In this document: positions 48,516 to 57,533 of the stretch, piece after piece
How positions within the stretch are numbered: position 1 is the stretch's first letter
Layout of the letters: each line of letters begins with the position of its first letter
Assembly (NCBI GenBank): GCA_963788195.1
Contig: CAWBGA010000013.1
Location: forward strand, 316,227 to 380,226
DNA length: 64,000 nt
From: Nitrospirota bacterium
Lineage (GTDB): Bacteria > Nitrospirota > Nitrospiria > Nitrospirales > NS-4
Reading direction: 5' to 3'
Notes under the pieces: generated by a model
Told to the model about the DNA's origin: nothing
Seen by the model: only the letters and a program-made list of their open reading frames with translations
Database searches by the model: none
Position numbers and translations under genes: made by a program

Positions 48516-49107
48516 ATGTCAACTCGCATCACAAAACAAACCGGATTTACCTTGATTGAACTGATGATTGTGGTCGCGATCATCGGGATTCTGGCGGGGA
48601 TCGCGATCCCGAATTTTCTGCAGTATCAATTGAAAGCCAAGACCGCCGAGGCGCAGACGAATGTCCAGGCGATAAAGATCGGGATGACCACTATTACTGC
48701 TGAGATGGGATGCGCCCCAGCCATTACCCCAGCGCCTCTTGCAGTGCCGCCGCCCGGCGGTGCGCGGACACCGTGGCCCGCTGCCGCTCAAGCCACGACG
48801 GCCTTCCTATGTGCGTCTCCTCCGGCCGCAGGGACGTATATCGGAACTTTTACTGACATCGGGTTCACCCCCGCCGGTCCTGTCCGCTACTCATACGGCG
48901 TGGCCTCCTTTCCCGCGTCCACTCCTGCCGCCATTGGAGCGAACGGATGTGCCAACCCCACGGTGCTTCCGGTGGGTGCAGGAGCACTGGGAAATGTGGG
49001 ATGGCTGGTCGGTGCCGTCGGAGAACTAGACGGAACGGCGCCGAGTGCGGGATTTCAGAGTAGGGGACGCCGGATCAGTCATTAACTGCAATCCGGGACA
49101 TTTCTAA
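48516..49107 (+). CDS. pilA: Type IVa pilin, second copy, 3' end frameshifted
   Basis: MSTRITKQTG / FTLIELMIVVAIIGILAGIAIP. Collinear with 31510..32097. The annotated frame ends GFQSRGRRISH* at 49085. Dropping base 49059 gives VGDAGSVINCNPGHF* ending 49107, matching the paralogue tail VGDTGGFQDCNPGQF*. Confidence 0.85.
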
Positions 49108-49121
49108 GGTTTCTTCTCAGC

Positions 49122-49671
49122 TCATTGCGGTCGCGGGCGCAGCGCTTCCTGGGCTTCTTCCTCGGAGAGCACGCCCTTCGTCTTCAACTGCAGGATGAGT
49201 GTCTCCAGATTTTGTGTTGCCATTCGCCGAAGTCCACGGACTCGAAATGAAGGCGGGAAAAAAATCACGTAATCCGGGGATCGAAGGCGGACGACAACCG
49301 GCTGACTTTCGCGGTACGACTGGAAGTTCCGGTAATCCGCCGATGGGCACGACGAAGTAGGGTTTGCCCCCCATATCGCCGTCATGATTGAGGACCTCAA
49401 GGTTTCCTAGAGCGTTTTTTCCGGCCTGATCCAACGCCTCGAAAAGCACGAGCACCAAGGTTCCCGCCACAATGGGCGCGCCGGTCTGGTTAATGACTTT
49501 CACGGAATACGCGTATTCATTCGAGAAGTTATCGTGTTGCTTGAACGAGACGACTGAGACCGCGCCGCCGGTCAAGTCCTCGAGTTGATCCACGTCCACC
49601 GCGAGACATGGGGACGTCGCAATAAGCAGGAGAAACACTGCGGGTCCGTATTTGTGAAGGCTCGTTTTCAT
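49122..49671 (-). CDS. Secreted hypothetical protein, one apparent frameshift
   Basis: Signal peptide MKTSLHKYGPAVFLLLIATSPCLA. The frame of ORF 49117-49671 turns to Pro/Ser/Arg junk after ...GKPYFVVPIGGLPELPVV. The plausible continuation YRESQPVVVRLRSPDYVIFFPPSFRV...LKTKGVLSEEEAQEAL is in ORF 49122-49400. Confidence 0.45.
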
Positions 49672-49854
49672 GCCTGTGTCATCTCCGAGAATCGAGGCAG
49701 CGAGAAAGACACCTTCTCATTGAGACTGCTGCTCTGTCAACCGATGAGGCGAAGACTGGAATATTTCAAAATATTGACATTGATGTAATTTTCCCTTAAA
49801 ACTTTCCCAAACACTGCCATTTCCGTTTTGGCGTAACAAGGAAAAGAGGCTCTT

Positions 49855-50280
49855 ATGACGTGGGGAATGCATACCAAGGACAGCCCCGGCAAGGGCCGGG
49901 TGCTTGTGGTTGACGATGAGGAAAATATTCGTAAACTGGTCCGTATGTGCCTGACGAAAGCCGGCTATGATGTCGAAGAAGCGGAAAACGGGGAAGAGGG
50001 CGAAAAGATCATTCGAGCGAACGATAATCCGCTTATGGTCGATGTCATTCTCTGCGATATCCGGATGCCCAAGGTGAATGGCATTGAAGCGATTGCCTTC
50101 TTTCAAAAGGAGTTCCCTTCTGTTCCCATCGTTGTTATCACCGGATTTCCTGACACGGAGATGGCCGTGGGTTTGATGAAACAGGGAGTGTTGGATTACG
50201 TTCCGAAACCCATTCTCAATGAGAAGCTCTTGGACGTGGTCGATAAAGCTATGGCGAAGCGGACGTCATTAAAAGGCTAA
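49855..50280 (+). CDS. CheY-like receiver-only response regulator
   Basis: RVLVVDDEENIRKLV...VILCDIRMPKVNGIE...VPIVVITGF...DYVPKP. Confidence 0.85.
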   Translation: MTWGMHTKDSPGKGRVLVVDDEENIRKLVRMCLTKAGYDVEEAENGEEGEKIIRANDNPLMVDVILCDIRMPKVNGIEAIAFFQKEFPSVPIVVITGFPDTEMAVGLMKQGVLDYVPKPILNEKLLDVVDKAMAKRTSLKG

Positions 50281-50649
50281 CATAATCGCAGCGACCTTTT
50301 GTTCCTGTCCCAAATTTCGGGTAGGGCATCTCTCCAGCAGGAATCCGGTGAAACTTTTAGCGCTTCATTGCGTCTCAAGGATGTGAGTATTGTGCTGTCT
50401 TTGGCCGAGAAGGCTCGATGAAGTCAGGGTTTTCCTGACATATGCTCAAATTTTCTGGGTTTTCTCCGGTCAACAAACTTCAGGCGATTCTAAATAATGA
50501 CGCGTTCAATGCTGCGGCCCGAAGAACGGCTTGCAAAGTTGGCCTGAAGGCATCATTTGCCAGGCGTTCCGCGGAAAGGCAGCTAAGTTGTAAGGGTCTT
50601 GACCGACACCAAAACAAAATACCAAAGGCGCGCAGACATACCTAGCACT

Positions 50650-51510
50650 ATGAAAACTGCCTCGCCGTTGATATCTTTATTGAGTATATCGCTGTTACTT
50701 CCCGCCTGCGCGAGCTCAGACCCCACAGTCAAAGATTTCAAAATGATGCAGTCTGTTTACAAGAATCAAGCACTGAAGGATCAGCAGACAATCTCTGACT
50801 TGCGACGCGACTTTGACGCGGTGCAGCGCGAGCTCAATACGGCCATGGTGACCAGGGCGGCAGTGGATGTCAAACTTTCAGAGGCCCTCCGGCGTGTTGA
50901 ACTGCAGCGTGACGAACTGACCCGCGTGAAAGACGAGCGGACGCAATTGACATCCCAACAAACAACCCAGATAGCGGCGAACGTCCGTCAATTGACCGAG
51001 GAACATGCGCGAGTAAGAGAGGATCTCATCCAATTCGCCAAGACAATGAAAATACTCACCGAGCACATGGGGGAGCTGGAGAGGTTAAAACAGGCTCTGA
51101 CGGAGGCTGGGCGGGATACGCGGTTTCAGTCAATCGAGGCGGCTCTGAACAAACAGAATGAGGTCCTCGCTGGTCTTCAGGTAAGCATCGAGAAGGTACA
51201 GGGATCGTTAGTTGAGGCTCAGCTGCAGGCACAGGAGAAGCCTCAGCCGCAGGTGCCCGCCACTCTTCCCGCTCGAAAACGGAAACAAACATCGGTGCCG
51301 AAGGACATTCCTGCCGCGCCGGAGGATATCCCTGTTAAGCCTCCGACTCGCACGATCATCATCAAGCCAGGTGACTCGCTGAAATCGCTTGCCCAGAAAT
51401 ATAAGGTCTCGTCGGCTTACCTGAAAGAACTGAACGGCTTGGCAACGGATGACATCCAAGTCGGACAATCCTTCATCGTCCCATCGGTCAAGAATCCGGA
51501 CAATCCGTAA
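50650..51510 (+). CDS. Coiled-coil + C-terminal LysM lipoprotein, paralogue of 41737..42504
   Basis: MKTASPLISLLSISLLLPACASS lipobox. Coiled coil. LysM domain IIIKPGDSLKSLAQKYKVSSAYLKELNGLATDDIQVGQSFIVP. Confidence 0.75.
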   Translation: MKTASPLISLLSISLLLPACASSDPTVKDFKMMQSVYKNQALKDQQTISDLRRDFDAVQRELNTAMVTRAAVDVKLSEALRRVELQRDELTRVKDERTQLTSQQTTQIAANVRQLTEEHARVREDLIQFAKTMKILTEHMGELERLKQALTEAGRDTRFQSIEAALNKQNEVLAGLQVSIEKVQGSLVEAQLQAQEKPQPQVPATLPARKRKQTSVPKDIPAAPEDIPVKPPTRTIIIKPGDSLKSLAQKYKVSSAYLKELNGLATDDIQVGQSFIVPSVKNPDNP

Positions 51511-51776
51511 CGTCATCAGACGTAAACTAATATGTGACGCATGAAACGATAATCTCACGGCTGCGATCGGTGTCGATGGTCCCTCTGCAGCATCGACCCG
51601 GCCTCATCTTCAACCACCGCTCGGATCTGGCTATGACTCTTCATCAGTGACAAAAAATCCCCACGAGGAAACCGCCCCTAGTAGGTGTGCCTAATGCAAC
51701 TGAGTCTGTTATTCTCATCGGTATTGTTATTTTAACAGGCAAAAAGTACACTGACCGGTCAAACCAGGAATGTTCA

Positions 51777-53054
51777 ATGGCTGATTCGGACGGCGCCCAG
51801 GATGAGATAAGCCGCCTCAGGGACGAGTTGGAGGCAGTCCGCCGCCTGTGTCAGATACTGTTCCAAAAGACGAAGCTCGATGATCTCGTAGAAGCCGCGT
51901 TGCGGAGCGCCCTTCAGGAGGTGGACGCGGAAGCGGGCTCCGTGCTGCTCGCGGATGCAGATTCCAAGCAGCTCATCTTCCACTACTCCGTAGGAGCGAC
52001 GGTGCCGCGCGGAACGGCCATTCCGTGGGACAAGGGCATCGCCGGCAGCGTCTTTCAATCAGGAGAGCCGGCAATTATCGCCGACGTCAAGAAAACGAAA
52101 CAGCATTTCGGCGAGGTCAAGACCGGGTTCGTCACGCGTGACATGATCACGCTTCCGCTGAAACAATGGGAAGGCGATCCAATCGGAGTCATGAACGTTC
52201 TCAACAAGCGAAACGGGACCTTGGATACAAAGGATGTTCGTTTGCTCACGATCATTTCCGCGTTTACTGCAATCGCCATTCAACAGGCGCGCCTGTTCGA
52301 GGAAGCCAAGCTGGCAGAAGTGGTACACCGGCTCGGCGATCTGGGTCACGACTTAAAAAACCTCCTGACACCGATTGTGATGGGAAGCCAGATCCTCAAA
52401 GATGAGCTTGCGGAGGTCTTCGAAATGCTTGACGTCGTTGAGGACGGAAAAGCCGACAAGCATCGCGAAATTTGCGACGACGTGATCCGCATGCTCCAGG
52501 ACGGCGCTGAGCGGACGCGAGACCGTGTTCGAGAAATTGCCGACTGTGTCAAGGGGCTCAGCAGTTTGCCGAACTTTGCCTCCTGCAATGTCATGATGGT
52601 CGCGGACAGCGTCGTCAAGACCCTTCGGGTGGTGGCTGAGGAAAGAGGGGTCACGCTGAACGTGAAAGAAACTGCAACGTTGCCTCTAATCCTCGCAGAC
52701 GAACGCCGCCTGTTCAACGCTCTCTATAATTTGGTGAACAACGCGATCCCCGAAGTCTCTGCCGGCGGCTCAATCACGGTGAGTGGAAAATTGGAACCGG
52801 ACGGTAAACACATACACCTCACTGTGGCGGACACCGGTCGAGGCATGTCCTGTGAAGTCCGCGAAAGCCTGTTTTCCGCGCGAGCCATCAGCCGCAAGGC
52901 CGGCGGAACGGGGCTCGGCACGAAGATTGTGAAGGACGTCATCGACGCCCACGCAGGTACGATCTGGGTCGAAAGTAAGGAGGGCGCCGGCACCACCTTC
53001 CATGTGTGCCTTCCTATCTCCTGTCTTAGTGCCATTACACCCAACCCGCCCTGA
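51777..53054 (+). CDS. Cytoplasmic GAF-domain sensor histidine kinase (paralogue 1 of 3)
   Basis: GAF (AEAGSVLLADADSKQLIFHYSVG...GIAGSVFQSGEPAII...RDMITLPLKQWEGDPIGVMNVLNK). H-box-like GDLGHDLKNLL. HATPase GGTGLGTKIVKDVIDAHAGTIWVES. Confidence 0.85.
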   Translation: MADSDGAQDEISRLRDELEAVRRLCQILFQKTKLDDLVEAALRSALQEVDAEAGSVLLADADSKQLIFHYSVGATVPRGTAIPWDKGIAGSVFQSGEPAIIADVKKTKQHFGEVKTGFVTRDMITLPLKQWEGDPIGVMNVLNKRNGTLDTKDVRLLTIISAFTAIAIQQARLFEEAKLAEVVHRLGDLGHDLKNLLTPIVMGSQILKDELAEVFEMLDVVEDGKADKHREICDDVIRMLQDGAERTRDRVREIADCVKGLSSLPNFASCNVMMVADSVVKTLRVVAEERGVTLNVKETATLPLILADERRLFNALYNLVNNAIPEVSAGGSITVSGKLEPDGKHIHLTVADTGRGMSCEVRESLFSARAISRKAGGTGLGTKIVKDVIDAHAGTIWVESKEGAGTTFHVCLPISCLSAITPNPP

Positions 53055-53575
53055 AGCTTGCCAAGACAAGCTTCTTTGCCCCTGGCACCCAACCCGCCCT
53101 GAAGCTTGCCAAGACAAGCTTCTTTGCCCCTGGCACCCGGCACAGACCCGTTCCCCTGAAGCTCGCCAACCTGACAAGCTTCTTTGCCCCTGGCACCTGA
53201 CATCGCCCTGAGCTTCCCCGACGGGACAGACCTCTTTTCCCCTGAGCACCCCGAACCTGAACAGGCTCTTCTTCCCATGTTGCCCGAAATCTTATTTCAC
53301 CCACCCTTCCCCCGGCATGCCGGGGCATCGCCGACCGCGCCAAGACAGCGCTTTTTGCCCGTGGCACAATTCCTTTTCCCATTGCACCCACCCAGCCCTG
53401 AAATCTGCCGAGACAGATTCTTTTCGCCCATGGCACCCCAGGCTTTTGAAATCCCGCGGGACAGATTTCTTTTCCCCATTGCACCCCCCAGCCCTGAAAT
53501 CCTATTTCACCCACCCGCCCCGGCGCTGCCAAGACAGCGCCTTGTCCCGTGGGACAGATTTCTTTCCCCTTAGCG
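53038..53575 (+). repeat. Array A: head-to-tail array of CACCC-initiated units bearing a conserved-core hairpin
   Basis: Two identical 48-mers at 53038-53085 and 53086-53133, then diverged units of 60, 53, 51, 67, 20, 49, 48, 26 and 45 nt. Hairpins include GAAGCTTG-CCAAGA-CAAGCTTC (53053-53074), GAAATCTG-CCGAGA-CAGATTC (53400-53420) and GGCGCTG-CCAAGA-CAGCGCC (53522-53541). Confidence 0.9.
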
Positions 53576-53729
53576 CCGGCTGCGAAGGGGTCCGAATAAA
53601 TACACTTCGTATCTAAACAGATAGTCTGGTTCTTTTCTCGCCGCGGAATAGTCACAATTTATCAACCTCTTAACACCGGCCCACATTTTGCCTAGAACCA
53701 TCATAGGGACACCCGGCAAGGAGGCCACT

Positions 53730-55082
53730 ATGTACAATATGGAACCCGATATAGCAGGCAACTTGATGACGGGATTTGCAAGCATCGGAACAGGTGATAC
53801 TGAGGGAACCCACTCGACTGACGGATCTGCCCACAGCCTCTTCCAGCGGCTTCGCCAGCGCGAGCGTGAGTTGGACGCCGCACGCCTATTGAGTGAGGTA
53901 CTGTTTGAGCAAACCCGCCTTGACGAATTAGTCGAGCAAGCCCTACGGACAGCCCTTGATGTGGTCCAGGCTGAGGCCGGTTCCGTGCTGTTGGCCGATC
54001 CGGAGTTGCGCCAATTGGTCTTCCATCATTCGATTGGAAAGAGTCCCGTCCCTGCCGGCACAAGAATTTCGTGGGATTACGGTATTGCGGGGGCTGTCTT
54101 TCATTCGGCAAAGGCGGAAATTATCCCCGATGTCAAGCGTGACGGCCGTCATTTTCCCGGGATTGACTTGGAGGTGGGATATACGACGCGCGATATGATT
54201 ACGTTGCCTCTTAAGCGATGGGGAGGCAAACCCATCGGCGTGCTGAATGTCCTGAACAAGCGTAACCACCGCTTCACGGAGGATGATCTTGCCATCCTGA
54301 CTATCTTATCCGCGCTGACGTCAACCGCGATCGAGCAGACGCGGTTAGCGGAAGAGGCCAAGCGTGGGGAGATGTTATGTCTGCTGGGCGACATTGGTCA
54401 CGACATGAAAAACATGCTCGATCCAGTCCTCATGGGACTAGGGTTACTGCAAGACGGAATTGACGAGATGTGTGGCCTCTCGCAGCAAGAGCAGAAACAG
54501 GCGACGCGCGACCAATGCAACCATGTGATTGAGATCATTCGCGGTTCTTCCCGCAGGCTCCAGGAGCGCGTTCATCAGATGGCCGAGTGCGTGAAAGGGA
54601 TAAGCTCAGAACCCCAATTCGCTCCGTGCCGACTATCATCTATCGTGGAAGGGGTAATGACCACACTAGGTATGTTGGCCGCACAGAACAACATCGTCCT
54701 TCGCGCCGATGGCCTAGAGGACTTGCCGCCTATCATCGGCGACGAGCGCCGGCTGTACAATGCATTATATAACCTGGTTAATAATGCCATCCCGGAAGTT
54801 AAGAGCGGTGGTTCCATTACGGTGCGCGGGCGCGCAGCTGCAGCAAGAATCGTCCTTTCGGTCAGCGACACGGGAAGGGGCATGCCGCCGGAGGTTCGGG
54901 ACAGTCTTTTTACGGGTTGCGCCATCAGCCGTAAGCCCGGAGGCATTGGGCTGGGCACGAGAATCGTAAAGGATGCTGTGGAAGCGCATGGCGGTACGAT
55001 TACGGTCGAGAGCGCGATCGGGGTCGGCACCACGTTTGAAATCCGTTTACCGATCTTCCCTCCGCAATCGAAGACGCCGTAG
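53730..55082 (+). CDS. Cytoplasmic GAF-domain sensor histidine kinase (paralogue 2 of 3)
   Basis: Same architecture as paralogue 1 (AEAGSVLLADPELRQLVFHHSIG, GDIGHDMKNML, GGIGLGTRIVKDAVEAHGGTITVES). An AAGGAGG Shine-Dalgarno lies 6 nt before ATG 53730. Track start is TTG 53688. Confidence 0.85.
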   Translation: MYNMEPDIAGNLMTGFASIGTGDTEGTHSTDGSAHSLFQRLRQRERELDAARLLSEVLFEQTRLDELVEQALRTALDVVQAEAGSVLLADPELRQLVFHHSIGKSPVPAGTRISWDYGIAGAVFHSAKAEIIPDVKRDGRHFPGIDLEVGYTTRDMITLPLKRWGGKPIGVLNVLNKRNHRFTEDDLAILTILSALTSTAIEQTRLAEEAKRGEMLCLLGDIGHDMKNMLDPVLMGLGLLQDGIDEMCGLSQQEQKQATRDQCNHVIEIIRGSSRRLQERVHQMAECVKGISSEPQFAPCRLSSIVEGVMTTLGMLAAQNNIVLRADGLEDLPPIIGDERRLYNALYNLVNNAIPEVKSGGSITVRGRAAAARIVLSVSDTGRGMPPEVRDSLFTGCAISRKPGGIGLGTRIVKDAVEAHGGTITVESAIGVGTTFEIRLPIFPPQSKTP

Positions 55083-55169
55083 AATATCATCCTTCCTCTG
55101 CGATCGGCTCCGAGAGTCGGTCGTCTTCGTCCTTCCCGCCCACGGACTTCTGTGCTATGTTCTGCCTCG

Positions 55170-55197
55170 CTGATCTTCCGATCAGACTTCTTTTTTT
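55170..55197 (+). terminator. Candidate Rho-independent terminator after the second GAF kinase
   Basis: CTGATC-TTCC-GATCAG stem-loop (55170-55185), a 5-nt spacer, then a T7 run at 55191-55197. Confidence 0.45.
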
Positions 55198-55295
55198 AGT
55201 TTCTCAGACTCGATTTCCACTTCTACGGAGGGGGAAATATCAAAGACACCAACGAACGTCGTGCTGTTAACGAAGTCCGACTCGGATCGCTTGGG

Positions 55296-57524
55296 TTGTA
55301 TTTCCTCGCAGCGATCGTCGGCGCGAGCATAGTATCTATGCTGGTTGATCCGACGCAACACTTCCTGGGATGGCTGCTTTCCGTCTCAGTGATCATAGCG
55401 TTACTGCTCGGGGTCGGCGAATACGTTAGGGCGAGGTTCCTGAAGCGCGAGGTTAAAGAGGTCGGCGCGTCAGAACTTTCCCCTCACGCGCACAACCTGG
55501 AGGCAGACGAGCCTTTCCGGGCTGTCGCCGAAACGGCCAGCGACGGCATCATATCGGCCGACGAGAATGGAGATATCATCTACTGGAATCCCGCTGCCGA
55601 GAAGATCTTTGGATACTCGATGGCACAGGCGCGTGGACGATCGCTTACGCTTCTTATGCCGGAACGACTGCGCAAAGCTCATCAGGAGGGAATGAAGCGA
55701 GTGGTCGCGCAGGGCGAGTCCCGGCTGCTCGGAAAAGTGGTTGAATTAACCGGACTAAAGAAAGACGGGAGGGAGTTCCCCTTAGAGCTTTCGCTTTCAA
55801 CCTGGACGACATCAGAACGTCGAGGCTTCACGGGGATCGTTCGCGATATCACCCTCCGCAAACAACTCGAACGACGCATGACCGCTGAGCATGCGGTGAC
55901 TCGATTTTTGGCTGAGTCTCCCACGCTTGGGGAAGTGGCCCCGAAAATCCTACAGGCGATCTGCGAAAGCCTGGGATGGGAAATGGGCGCTTTTTGGCGT
56001 GTCGACCAGGAGGGCGATGTTATCCGCTGCAGCGATGTCTGGCATTCTCCGTCGGTCAACGTTGCGAAGTTTACAGAATTCAGCAAGCAGACCGTCTTTA
56101 CTCGGGGACTCGGACTGCCCGGTCGGGTCTGGGCCAGTGGGGAGCCATCCTGGATCACCGACGTACTGCAGGATGCCAACTTCCCACGTGCGCCGATTGC
56201 CGCGAGAGAAGGCCTTCACGGAGCGCTCTGTTTCCCGATTCGAAGGGCAGGCTTGGTGCTGGGGGTCATGGAGTTCTTCAGTCGAAAAATCCAGGAGCCA
56301 GACGACGGCCTACTACAGATGCTCGCCGCCATTGGTAGCCAGATCGGTCAATTTATGGAGCGCAAGCGGGCAGAGGAGCAGATCAGCTCTCTCAAAGAAT
56401 ATGTCCAAATGATCCTCGATAGCGTGCCGGATCCCATTGTCATTCTCAATCAGGATGCGCAAGTTCAATACATCAATAGAGCCTCGTACAAGGTGTTTAA
56501 CCTGTATCCATCTGATGTGAAACACCGTCCGCTGTTCGACCTGCTCAAGGTCGATGTGTCCACCCGGGAGGAATTGCGCAGCGAACTCGGAAGCTATGCA
56601 AAAAGCAGGCAGCAGCAACCTGTCCTTGCTGCGGATTATGGGACGGACGTGCCGCTTCGAGACCCGCTTGCTCCTCAAAAAAACATGAGCGAGAGGCATC
56701 ACCGCAAGGAGATCAAGTTTGGACGGCGCACATATCATTACACCTGTTTTCCTGTCGAGGGGCATTCGGATGAGGGGAAATTGACGGGCCTTGTGCTTCG
56801 GGACACCACAGAAGAGAGCAGCCTCCAGGACCAACTCATTCAGGCTGAGAAACTGGCGGGGATTGCCCTGCTTACCTCCGGTCTCGGCCACGAGCTGAAT
56901 AATCCCCTCTATAGCGTGTTAGGACTAAGCGAGGCGATTATCGATGAACATGATGCCGCCATCATGAAGGAACATGCCAAAGTTATCGTAGAGGAAGCCA
57001 GGCGCATGGGCCGAATCATAAAGGATCTCACCGGCCGGAGCGCAATTGAAGCGAGCGATCTGCGGGTGGAGGTGGACGTCAACGAGCAGTTGAATTATGC
57101 GTTAGGCTTGACATTGCCCGTGCCACCAGACAAAAACCTCCAAGTGGAAAAAAGGCTTGCTGCGACGCGCAAAATTTGGGCAAATCCTTTCGAGGTACGT
57201 CAAGTGTTTGTGAATATTATTAGCAATGCCATTCAGGCCATGAAGGGGAATGGGACGCTGGAGCTTGCGAGCGACATTAATGATGGAGACGGTATGGTGA
57301 GAATCATAATTCGGGACTCAGGGCCCGGCATTGCCGCTCCGCATGTGTCTAAAATTTTCGATCCCTTCTTTACGACAAAGAAGCAGGGAGAAGGGACAGG
57401 TCTTGGACTCACCATTGCCCATCGGATAGTCACAAAGCACGCTGGACAGATTCAGGTTGACACCCATGAACCGGAGGGGACGACATTTACCATAACGTTC
57501 CCGCTGATGGACACCACGACGTAG
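55296..57524 (+). CDS. Membrane-anchored PAS-GAF-PAS sensor histidine kinase
   Basis: Two N-terminal hydrophobic helices. PAS (DGIISADENGDIIYWNPAAEKIFGY). GAF (WEMGAFWRVDQEGDVIRC...GLPGRVWASGEPSWI). HisKA LGHELNNPL. HATPase GTGLGLTIAHRIVTKHAGQIQV. TTG start as in the track. Confidence 0.88.
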   Translation: MYFLAAIVGASIVSMLVDPTQHFLGWLLSVSVIIALLLGVGEYVRARFLKREVKEVGASELSPHAHNLEADEPFRAVAETASDGIISADENGDIIYWNPAAEKIFGYSMAQARGRSLTLLMPERLRKAHQEGMKRVVAQGESRLLGKVVELTGLKKDGREFPLELSLSTWTTSERRGFTGIVRDITLRKQLERRMTAEHAVTRFLAESPTLGEVAPKILQAICESLGWEMGAFWRVDQEGDVIRCSDVWHSPSVNVAKFTEFSKQTVFTRGLGLPGRVWASGEPSWITDVLQDANFPRAPIAAREGLHGALCFPIRRAGLVLGVMEFFSRKIQEPDDGLLQMLAAIGSQIGQFMERKRAEEQISSLKEYVQMILDSVPDPIVILNQDAQVQYINRASYKVFNLYPSDVKHRPLFDLLKVDVSTREELRSELGSYAKSRQQQPVLAADYGTDVPLRDPLAPQKNMSERHHRKEIKFGRRTYHYTCFPVEGHSDEGKLTGLVLRDTTEESSLQDQLIQAEKLAGIALLTSGLGHELNNPLYSVLGLSEAIIDEHDAAIMKEHAKVIVEEARRMGRIIKDLTGRSAIEASDLRVEVDVNEQLNYALGLTLPVPPDKNLQVEKRLAATRKIWANPFEVRQVFVNIISNAIQAMKGNGTLELASDINDGDGMVRIIIRDSGPGIAAPHVSKIFDPFFTTKKQGEGTGLGLTIAHRIVTKHAGQIQVDTHEPEGTTFTITFPLMDTTT

Positions 57525-57533
57525 TGTGAGAAT

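Noticed and set aside
53083-53097. The recurring TGGCACCC at unit boundaries as sigma-54 -24 elements
   Set aside because: GG and GC occur at the right spacing, but the -12 region reads CCCGC rather than TTGC. The motif recurs at every unit. This contrasts with the genuine-looking site at 31455-31470.
53038-53575. CRISPR array
   Set aside because: There is no alternation of a constant repeat with unique spacers, since the units themselves are diverged copies of one another. No cas genes are in the window.
53002-53655. ORFs across array A on both strands (53002-53211 +, 53184-53573 +, 53317-53616 +, 53035-53655 -, 52724-53278 -), giving repetitive Cys/Pro-rich peptides such as CPWHPTRPEACQDKLL
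   Set aside because: The repeat units have lengths of 48, 60, 53, 51, 67, 20, 49, 48, 26 and 45 nt, so no frame is preserved across units. Every frame looks repetitive simply because the DNA is repetitive. The 53002 ORF starts inside the kinase gene.
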